NCBI GenBank assembly: GCA_003567615.1
Contig: PWZC01000281.1
Location: forward strand, 1-51,707
Direction: 5' to 3'
Source of the DNA: Gemmatimonadota bacterium
GTDB taxonomy: Bacteria > Gemmatimonadota > Gemmatimonadetes > Longimicrobiales > Gaopeijiaceae
DNA length: 51,707 nt
Part shown: positions 17,277 to 24,471 of the stretch, one piece after another
How positions within the stretch are numbered: the first letter of the stretch is position 1
Layout of the letters: each line of letters opens with the position of its first letter
Translations under genes and position numbers: made by a program
Notes under the pieces: model-generated
What the model was told of the DNA's origin: nothing
Databases searched by the model: none
What the model saw: the letters and a program-made list of their open reading frames with translations, nothing else

Positions 17277-19214
17277 TCAGGATCGAGGCGGTGCGTGCGC
17301 TTGCAGCCACTCTTCGACGGCAACCATGGCCACGATGAACGCATCCCACTCCAGCCTCCCCTCGAGAGCCCGATCGACGCTGCGGCGGAACCGATCCGGA
17401 GAGACCAATCCCATCCTGACAGACTCCCAGGGCGTGCGCAACCGCGATATCTTCTCCTGGATCTCAGATTCAAGCCGACGATGGAAGTAGTGTTCAAATG
17501 TGCCCGTCTTGCCCCGCCCACCGAGACGGGGCGCCAGGATTTCCTCGGGAAGTCTGCCCCTCATGGAGTCGCGGAGCAGGGGCTTCAGTTCTCCCGGGCG
17601 ATGCATCTCCTCGAATGGGCGGCTCAGGGCGAAAGACAGGACGCGTCGATCGTAGAAGGGCGAGCGGAGTTCCACGCCCTCACTTCTGAGGACCGCGAAG
17701 AGGGTCGCGCACACCCGGGAGAAGCGGGAATCCGACGCGGCCCATACCCGGAAGCGGGAATCGACGGAACGATGACGGGCCAGGACCCTCTTTGCATACG
17801 CGGTGCGATTGCCCTCCCGGATCTTGCTCACTTCGAGGACTTCGCCATTGAGCCAGGGGGGCACCGGCCACTCAAAGGGGCGGGAATCGATGGGACGGCG
17901 GAGAACCAGCTCGAGAAGGTCGAACATGGGATAGGGAATGGACGGCTTTATGACCCAACGTTTGATGTGCCCGAGTTTCGGTCGGCGGCCTTCGGGCAGA
18001 AGACGAAAAAGTTGTAGCCACCGCCCGCTACGAAAGAGATCAGCGAGAAAATAGGGCGGAACGAAAAAGAGATTATCACCACCATTCCCGCTGAGGAGGA
18101 CGCGCACGCCGAGGTCACGGGCTGTCCGACCAAGGGCCCGGTTCAGGCTTTCGTGGAGGTGACCTTCCGGATAGGCACGCTCAGCAACCTGGGAAGGATC
18201 GCGGTTCAACAATCGGATACCGTCGGTATCAACCCAGTTTATTGGGAGCCCAAAGGATTCCGCAGCTATCGAAAGATAACGATCTTCATTTGCATGTTCT
18301 TCCGGAGGTAGCCTGTATGAGAGAAGGTGGAACGGAATGTCTTCCGGGAAGGTCTCAGTCCCTCTGTAGAGTGCGCCCAGTAGAGCCGTCGAGTCATAAC
18401 CTCCACTTATGGCCAGGCCTGCCCCTGACTCGGGTACTCGCCCGCGGACGGATTTCGAAAGGATGGCCGCCAATGCCTCCGGCGCTTCCCGGCCCCAGGA
18501 TACCTGAGCTGCTGGATCTGACCCGGGCTTCCACGATTCACTGATTCGAAAGCTGACGCCTTCGGCATTGTCCTCATGCACCCAGGCATCCAGATGATGG
18601 CCCGGTGGGAGTTCCTCGATCCCTTCCCAGGCGGACGCCTGACCCACTCCACCGTGGAAGAGGAGTGACCTGAGCGTCGCAACCGGGTTGAACGATGGGG
18701 GACGTTCGAACAGCGAGACGAGGGGATGTGGAGTGGAGGCGAGCAGCAATCCCCCATCCACCTGCCGGAAGAAGAGGCTTCGCGATCCGAAGGGGTCCCG
18801 GGCTGCAAGGAGAGTTCGCTTCTCCGGATCCCAGGCGACAAAGGCGAAGTCCCCGAAGAGGTGATTCGGGCAGTTCCCACCCCACGCTCGATAGGAGGCG
18901 GCGATGAGATCCGAGGGAGACTTTGATCGGGGTGGCCATCCTGAGACGCTGAGATGTCCGCTCAGCGCCTTCCGGTCGTAGAGCGCAGCGTCTGAACAGA
19001 CAAGGGCCGACTCGCAAGTTCCAATGCGAGCCGGCCCTGCAATGTCGTCGGGTTCTTCCCAATCGTCCCGGATGACCCCCAACATCGCCCCGTCCGAGCG
19101 AATCACATCAAGCTTTTCCGAGCCTCTGCCTGGAATGGCCCGCAGCAACCGAGCGAATCCATCATGGTCAAGCCGCTGTGCAGCCGGTCCCAGGAATGCA
19201 ATGATTCCACTCAT
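17277..19214 (-). CDS. Lasso peptide cyclase C2 (asparagine synthetase B-fold)
   Basis: Starts MSGIIAF, with no Cys nucleophile. PP-loop LAISGGYDSTALLGAL. Colinear with C1 (e.g. GDFAFVAWDPEKRTLLAARDPFGSRSLFF versus GDYAFCAWNTSDSTLFAARDVFGTRSLFY). Precursor A2 lies immediately upstream. Confidence 0.85.
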   Translation of the reverse strand: MSGIIAFLGPAAQRLDHDGFARLLRAIPGRGSEKLDVIRSDGAMLGVIRDDWEEPDDIAGPARIGTCESALVCSDAALYDRKALSGHLSVSGWPPRSKSPSDLIAASYRAWGGNCPNHLFGDFAFVAWDPEKRTLLAARDPFGSRSLFFRQVDGGLLLASTPHPLVSLFERPPSFNPVATLRSLLFHGGVGQASAWEGIEELPPGHHLDAWVHEDNAEGVSFRISESWKPGSDPAAQVSWGREAPEALAAILSKSVRGRVPESGAGLAISGGYDSTALLGALYRGTETFPEDIPFHLLSYRLPPEEHANEDRYLSIAAESFGLPINWVDTDGIRLLNRDPSQVAERAYPEGHLHESLNRALGRTARDLGVRVLLSGNGGDNLFFVPPYFLADLFRSGRWLQLFRLLPEGRRPKLGHIKRWVIKPSIPYPMFDLLELVLRRPIDSRPFEWPVPPWLNGEVLEVSKIREGNRTAYAKRVLARHRSVDSRFRVWAASDSRFSRVCATLFAVLRSEGVELRSPFYDRRVLSFALSRPFEEMHRPGELKPLLRDSMRGRLPEEILAPRLGGRGKTGTFEHYFHRRLESEIQEKISRLRTPWESVRMGLVSPDRFRRSVDRALEGRLEWDAFIVAMVAVEEWLQAHAPPRS

Positions 19215-19270
19215 GTCAACATTGGCTGAACCCTGCCAAGCAGCCGAATGTGGAGCAAGGTAAGCTCGAA

Positions 19271-19288
19271 ACGGGGGGATTTCCCCGT
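19271..19288 (-). promoter_or_regulatory. GC-rich hairpin about 53 nt downstream of the precursor A2 stop, between A2 and C2
   Basis: acgggg-ggattt-ccccgt: 6 bp G/C stem (7 bp with a G-U pair) and a 4-6 nt loop. Only UU follows on the transcript. Confidence 0.35.
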
Positions 19289-19340
19289 CTACTCCCCAAA
19301 ATCAGAGGTTCGCCGACTTAGAGCAGGTCGAACCTACCGA

Positions 19341-19502
19341 TTAACAACCCGAGCAGGAGATTTCCACGGTCGAAGAGACGAAGTCGCCAATCCCCGAGGA
19401 GTACCCATTGGCAGGGTCTCCGCCGTTCACGGTCGTTCCGGAAAGGGTCAGCTCGCGCAGGGTACCGAACCTCTGGAGGGAGGGCTTCTCGTACACAGGC
19501 AT
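19341..19502 (-). CDS. Lasso peptide precursor A2 (53 aa): MPVYEKPSLQRFGTLRELTL | SGTTVNGGDPANGYSSGIGDFVSSTVEISCSGC
   Basis: Absent from the ORF track because it is under 60 aa; found by manual translation of the reverse strand. ATG at 19502, TAA at 19343-19341, GAGG just upstream (agtGAGGtATG). The leader motif matches A1, with Thr at -2. Core has Ser1 and Asp9. Confidence 0.8.
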   Translation of the reverse strand: MPVYEKPSLQRFGTLRELTLSGTTVNGGDPANGYSSGIGDFVSSTVEISCSGC

Positions 19503-19801
19503 ACCTCACTGAAAAAGAGTGGATGAAGTGGTCCCCCTCGCTTGAGGAGGAACCTAAGGAACGGACGCCCTCATCAAATGCATGTTTAGTGCCATGACAT
19601 CTTTACTGCCGAACAAAGGGAAACGCAAGTCCTCTGCGTCCAGCCTGCGTCGTCCTCCCCACCATGGCCGGGCGCCGAGGTCCCAGGAGAAGTGCCCTTC
19701 CCTCTGGATCGCCAGGGACCCGTTCAGTACTTTTCCACACATGGCGCGAGTTCCCCGCTGGAAGCGCGGCCTTCAGACTCCAAAACCCGAAGTGTCCCCA
19801 T

Positions 19802-21367
19802 ATGGCTTCCGATCCCCAGCTCGACCTTTCCTTCCTGACCCGCCTCGGCGTGGACGGCACCCACCTCTCGGGCACCTCCACCGGACGGCATACCCTGGAC
19901 CCGGCCACCGACGCCGACAGTCCGGCCTCTCTCCGAAGCACCACACCGGTGGATGGGAGCCTCATTGCCACCGTGGCGAGCACCGATCGTAGTCAGTACG
20001 AAGAGGTTGTGGCCCGAGCCCAGGAGGCGTTCCGGTTCTGGCGCGAGGTGCCGGCCCCTCGACGGGGTGAGGTCGTTCGGCAGATCGGCGACGAACTCCG
20101 GGCCCACAAGGACGATCTCGGCCGGCTGGTGGCCTATGAAATGGGCAAGATCACCGAGGAAGGGAAGGGCGAAGTTCAGGAGATGATCGACATCTGCGAC
20201 TTCGCCGTGGGTCAGTCCAGGATGCTCTACGGGAAGACCATGCCCTCAGAGCGCCCCGAGCACCGCCTCTACGAGCAGTGGCACCCCCTGGGACCGGTGG
20301 CGGTGATCACGGCCTTCAACTTCCCGGTGGACGTCTGGGCCTGGAACGCCATGATCGCCGCAGTTTGCGGCGATGTCATCATCTGGAAGCCATCGGAGAA
20401 GACGCCGCTGTGCGCCATGGCGGTGCAGGGGATCGTGGCCCGGGTTCTGGAGCGGAACGAACTCCCCGAGGGGATCTTCTCCGTCGTTCAGGGAGGGCGC
20501 GAGGTGGGCGAGTTCCTCACCACCGACGAGCGCATTCCCCTGGTTTCGGCCACCGGGTCAATCCGCATGGGGCGTGAGGTGGGCCGCACGGTAGCGGTGC
20601 GTCTCGGCCGCACTCTGTTGGAGTTGGGCGGCAACAACGCCATCATCGTCTCGAGCCAGGCCGACCTGGACCTGGCCGTTCGGGCCATCGTCTTCGGCGC
20701 TGCGGGCACGGCGGGACAGCGGTGCACCACAACCCGTCGTCTCATCGTCCATGAGGATGTCTTCGACGAGCTGAGGGAGCGCCTGATCCGGGCTTACTCC
20801 GGGCTTCGTATCGGCAGTCCCCTGGATCCGGAGACGCTGGTTGGGCCCCTGGTGGATGCCGACGCCGCTCGGGCCATGCAGGAGGCGCTGGAGCAGCTCA
20901 AGGCCTCGGGGGGTGAGGTCCTCTTCGGGGGCGAGATTCTGGATGGGGAGGGATTCGAGGCGGGGAACTATGTCCGCCCGGCCATCTGCCTGGCCGAGAA
21001 CGACTTTCCCATCGTTCAGGAAGAGACCTTCGCACCCATCCTCTATCTCATGCGCTACCGGGAGCTGAATGAGGCCATCGACCTCCAGAACGGAGTCCGG
21101 CAGGGGCTCAGCTCGTCCATCTTCACCAACGACGTTCGGGAAGCTGAAGCTTTTCTCAGCGCGCGCGGGTCCGACTGTGGGATCGCCAACGTGAACATCG
21201 GCACCAGCGGCGCCGAGATCGGGGGTGCCTTCGGCGGGGAGAAGGACACCGGAGGCGGGCGCGAGTCGGGCTCCGATTCCTGGAAGGTCTACATGCGCCG
21301 CCAGACCAACACCATCAACTGGGGGCGGACGCTCCCCCTCGCCCAGGGGATCGAATTCGACGTGTGA
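19802..21367 (+). CDS. Aldehyde dehydrogenase, ALDH7/antiquitin-like (alpha-aminoadipic semialdehyde / piperideine-6-carboxylate dehydrogenase type)
   Basis: LELGGNNAIIV, catalytic GQRCTTTRRL, EETFAPILY, and the ALDH7-typical C-terminus GSDCGIANVNIGTSGAEIGGAFGGEKDTGGGRESGSDSWKVYMRRQTNTINW. Start trimmed to ATG 19802 (MASDPQL...). Confidence 0.88.
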   Translation: MASDPQLDLSFLTRLGVDGTHLSGTSTGRHTLDPATDADSPASLRSTTPVDGSLIATVASTDRSQYEEVVARAQEAFRFWREVPAPRRGEVVRQIGDELRAHKDDLGRLVAYEMGKITEEGKGEVQEMIDICDFAVGQSRMLYGKTMPSERPEHRLYEQWHPLGPVAVITAFNFPVDVWAWNAMIAAVCGDVIIWKPSEKTPLCAMAVQGIVARVLERNELPEGIFSVVQGGREVGEFLTTDERIPLVSATGSIRMGREVGRTVAVRLGRTLLELGGNNAIIVSSQADLDLAVRAIVFGAAGTAGQRCTTTRRLIVHEDVFDELRERLIRAYSGLRIGSPLDPETLVGPLVDADAARAMQEALEQLKASGGEVLFGGEILDGEGFEAGNYVRPAICLAENDFPIVQEETFAPILYLMRYRELNEAIDLQNGVRQGLSSSIFTNDVREAEAFLSARGSDCGIANVNIGTSGAEIGGAFGGEKDTGGGRESGSDSWKVYMRRQTNTINWGRTLPLAQGIEFDV

Positions 21368-21411
21368 GGGACGACTCGCGCTCACCGCCGCACGACGGGT
21401 AGGTTGGAGAG

Positions 21412-22551
21412 ATGAAACTCCTGAAGCTCCTCCTTCACTTCGCCGTCGGTGCCCTGGTGGGCATGGGCGTCGGCTACCTCCTGGTGGCGACCGGATGGGC
21501 GTCGGAGGTGCTGGAGCTGGTGGGTCGGGTGGAGCTGGGGCCGGGTGGGTTTGCTCTCTTCCTGGCGGGCATACCCGTCCTCCTCTTCTTCCTTGTGCTG
21601 ATCCACGAATTGGGCCATTTGACGGGCGGGCGCCTCGCGGACTTCCGGGCCTACCTCCTTCTTGTGGGGCCGCTCCGGGTGGAACGGATCCGGGGAAGGT
21701 GGACGATGGGGCTGAATCCGCGTATCGCCACCTGGGGGGGGCTTGCCGCCAGCGCCCCCGATGACGCCCGAAGCCTTCGGGGGCGCATGGCGCTCTATGC
21801 GGCGTCTGGACCGGGCGCGAACCTCCTCACCGGAGGGCTTGCCCTGGCGCTGCTGGTGACGGCCGCCGGAACCCTGCCGCCGGTTCTCCACGCCTGGGTC
21901 ATGGCCTTCCTCCTGGGCTCCTTCCTCCTGGGAATCCTGACCCTCATACCGGGCCAGGCTGCAGGGATGTATACGGACGGAGGCCGGCTCCTGCGGCTTC
22001 TCCGGACCGGGCCGGAACTCGAGGGGGAGTTGGCGCTCATCGCCCTTACCGGACTTTCCTTGGCCGGCCGGCGGCCCCGTACATGGCCGGAGGCGCTGGT
22101 CGGCCAGGCCCTCACACTGCCGCCCGATTCCCTCATGGGAGTCTTCGCGCGCCAGGTGGCCTACCTTCGAACCCTGGATCTGGGCGATGTCGAAGGGGCC
22201 CAGGGGTACCTGGACGAGGCCCTGGCCCACCGGGACGCCGTGGGAAAGCGGGGCGGTGCCACCATTCGACTACACGGTGCGTTCTTCTACGCGGTTCACG
22301 GGGGCGACCCAATGCGCGCCCGTGCGCTCCTAGACGAGGCCCGTGAGTCGCCTCTCGAGGCCCGTCACCTCCGCCCCATGGCGGAAGCGGCCGTGCGCAT
22401 GGCCGAGGGGGACGAGGCAGGGGGGCGGGCTAAGCTGGACGAGGCTCTGATCCTCGCAGGAGCATCCATGGACAGGGGAAGTTCCGGGGCCGAGGAAGAG
22501 TGGCTGAACCTCCTTCAGCGAAAGGTCGGACACCAGCGGGCTCGGGTGTAG
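21412..22551 (+). CDS. Membrane metalloprotease, M50 (site-2 protease)-like, with a soluble helical C-terminal domain
   Basis: HELGH zinc motif embedded in TM helices (LFFLVLIHELGHLTGG). Several further TM segments. Ala/Leu/Arg-rich helical C-terminal half. Confidence 0.7.
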   Translation: MKLLKLLLHFAVGALVGMGVGYLLVATGWASEVLELVGRVELGPGGFALFLAGIPVLLFFLVLIHELGHLTGGRLADFRAYLLLVGPLRVERIRGRWTMGLNPRIATWGGLAASAPDDARSLRGRMALYAASGPGANLLTGGLALALLVTAAGTLPPVLHAWVMAFLLGSFLLGILTLIPGQAAGMYTDGGRLLRLLRTGPELEGELALIALTGLSLAGRRPRTWPEALVGQALTLPPDSLMGVFARQVAYLRTLDLGDVEGAQGYLDEALAHRDAVGKRGGATIRLHGAFFYAVHGGDPMRARALLDEARESPLEARHLRPMAEAAVRMAEGDEAGGRAKLDEALILAGASMDRGSSGAEEEWLNLLQRKVGHQRARV

Positions 22552-22653
22552 CAAGAGATCCGACCTAGCCTGGCACACGGCTTGCGATCTCAAGAAAGGT
22601 GCCTTCCCTGGCCCACCGCAGCTCCGGCCTTCCATTCCCTCCGAACAACGCCG

Positions 22654-24471
22654 ATGCCGCTCCTCGAGCCGCGCACCGTAGACTTCGCCAAGTACTTCAT
22701 GAGAGCCTATCCCATGCGGAGTGCGCTCATGGTAGGGCTCCTGATCCTGGCGGGTCTGGTGGAGGGCATCGGTGTCATCACCCTGCTTCCCGTCCTGGAA
22801 CTCATAACCGCGCCGGCGGCGGAGGAGGTCTCGGCCCTGGGCCGGGCCGTGGAAGACGGACTGGCCCTCATCGGCCTCGAGCCAACCCTGGTCCTCCTCC
22901 TGGCTATCATCGTGGTGGCCATGACCGCAAAGGCCGTCTTTCTCTGGCTTGCCATGCGGCAGGTGGGCTTCACCGTGGCTCGGGTGACCACGGACCTCCG
23001 GATGGCCCTTCTGAGGGCTCTGATGAAGGCCCAGTGGCGGTATTACACGTCACAATCCACAGGGCGACTCGCCAATGCCATCAGCAGTGAGGCCCACCGG
23101 GCTTCCGCCGCATACCAGCAGGGCTGCAATATGCTGGCCGGTGGGTTCCAGATTCTGGTCTATCTCGCCATTGCCTTCCTGGTCTCGTGGCCCATCGCCC
23201 TGGGCACCATGGTCATCGGCGCCCTCTTTCTCCTCCTCCTGCGGGGTTTCGTGCGCATGGCCCGAGAGGCTGGACAGGAAGAGACCAACCTGATGCAGTC
23301 CCTGGTGGGCCGCCTCACCGACGCGCTCCGCGGGATCAAGCCCATTCGGGCCATGGGGCGGGAGGGTGACCTCCAACCCCTGCTGGAGGAAGAGGCGGAG
23401 GGGCTGAACCGGGCGTTGCGGCGACAAGTTTCCGCCCAGGAAGGCCTGTACCTCTTCCAGGAGCCCACCCTGGTCCTCCTCCTGTCGGCGGGGCTCCTCG
23501 GGGCTTTCGCCCTGGGCGGAGAGCCCTTTGCGTCGGTGCTTGTCCTGGCCTTCATCTTCTACCGGCTGATGAGGCAGGTCAATCATGTCCAAGCGCGCTA
23601 TCAGGTCCTCACCATTGGAGAGAGCGCCTTCTGGTCCATTCGGACCAAGATCGATGAGGCCGAGGCTCATCGGGAGACCTCCACCGGATCGAAGCCTCCA
23701 CCCCCCCTGACGGAAGCGATCCGACTGCGGGATGTGAGTTTCTCCCACGACGACGTGCCGTTGCTCCAGGGCGTGTCCATGGACATCCCGGCGGGCCGCT
23801 TCGTGGCCCTCCACGGTCCCTCCGGTGCAGGAAAGACCACAATCGCCGACCTCATCATCGGATTCCATCGCGCCGACTCGGGACGGGTGGAGGTGGACGG
23901 GATGTCGGTGGAGGAGTTCGATCTGGTGAGCTGGCGACGCAGGGTGGGGTACGTCCCCCAGGAGGTCTTCCTGTTTCACGATTCCATATACCGCAACGTG
24001 ACCTTGGGTGACGAGTCGATCCCTCGCGAGGAGGCAGAGGCGGCCCTCCGCTCCGCCGGCGCCTGGGGATTTGTATCCACCCGTCCCCAAGGCATGGACA
24101 CGCCCATCGGGGAGGCGGGATCCAAGCTTTCCGGTGGCCAGCGGCAGCGCATTTCCATCGCCCGGGCTCTCGTGCACGGCCCACGCCTGCTGATCCTGGA
24201 CGAAGCTACCACCGGCCTGGATTCCGTCACCGAGCAGGGGATCGTACGGACCCTTCGGAGTCTTCGGGATCGGGTCACGGTTCTGGCCATCTCGCACCAG
24301 CCGACCCTTCGTGACGCCGCCGATCTGGTCTACACCCTGGAGAACGGTGGGGTTACCCGGGTTGCCAATGCTGGAGACCCGTCGGAGGAAGGCGGACGGT
24401 GGCCCATGCCGGAGTCGCGTACCTTTCGGGGCGCCTTGGCACAGGCGCCGCTGGACGGGGGGCAGTCATGA
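22654..24471 (+). CDS. Fused TMD-NBD ABC exporter, paralog 2
   Basis: Start trimmed to ATG 22654 (MPLLEPRTVDFAKYFMRAYP..., which aligns with MPLLDRKTSQFFRYFMRAYP... of paralog 1). Walker A GPSGAGKTT, LSGGQRQRISIARAL, LLILDEAT. Confidence 0.9.
   Translation: MPLLEPRTVDFAKYFMRAYPMRSALMVGLLILAGLVEGIGVITLLPVLELITAPAAEEVSALGRAVEDGLALIGLEPTLVLLLAIIVVAMTAKAVFLWLAMRQVGFTVARVTTDLRMALLRALMKAQWRYYTSQSTGRLANAISSEAHRASAAYQQGCNMLAGGFQILVYLAIAFLVSWPIALGTMVIGALFLLLLRGFVRMAREAGQEETNLMQSLVGRLTDALRGIKPIRAMGREGDLQPLLEEEAEGLNRALRRQVSAQEGLYLFQEPTLVLLLSAGLLGAFALGGEPFASVLVLAFIFYRLMRQVNHVQARYQVLTIGESAFWSIRTKIDEAEAHRETSTGSKPPPPLTEAIRLRDVSFSHDDVPLLQGVSMDIPAGRFVALHGPSGAGKTTIADLIIGFHRADSGRVEVDGMSVEEFDLVSWRRRVGYVPQEVFLFHDSIYRNVTLGDESIPREEAEAALRSAGAWGFVSTRPQGMDTPIGEAGSKLSGGQRQRISIARALVHGPRLLILDEATTGLDSVTEQGIVRTLRSLRDRVTVLAISHQPTLRDAADLVYTLENGGVTRVANAGDPSEEGGRWPMPESRTFRGALAQAPLDGGQS

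Noticed and set aside
19318-19509. Track ORF MRYACVREALPPEV... over the A2 locus
   Set aside because: It is out of frame with the lasso-leader-bearing 53-aa ORF, has no motif, and has no sensible start context. The other frame gives a textbook leader and core.
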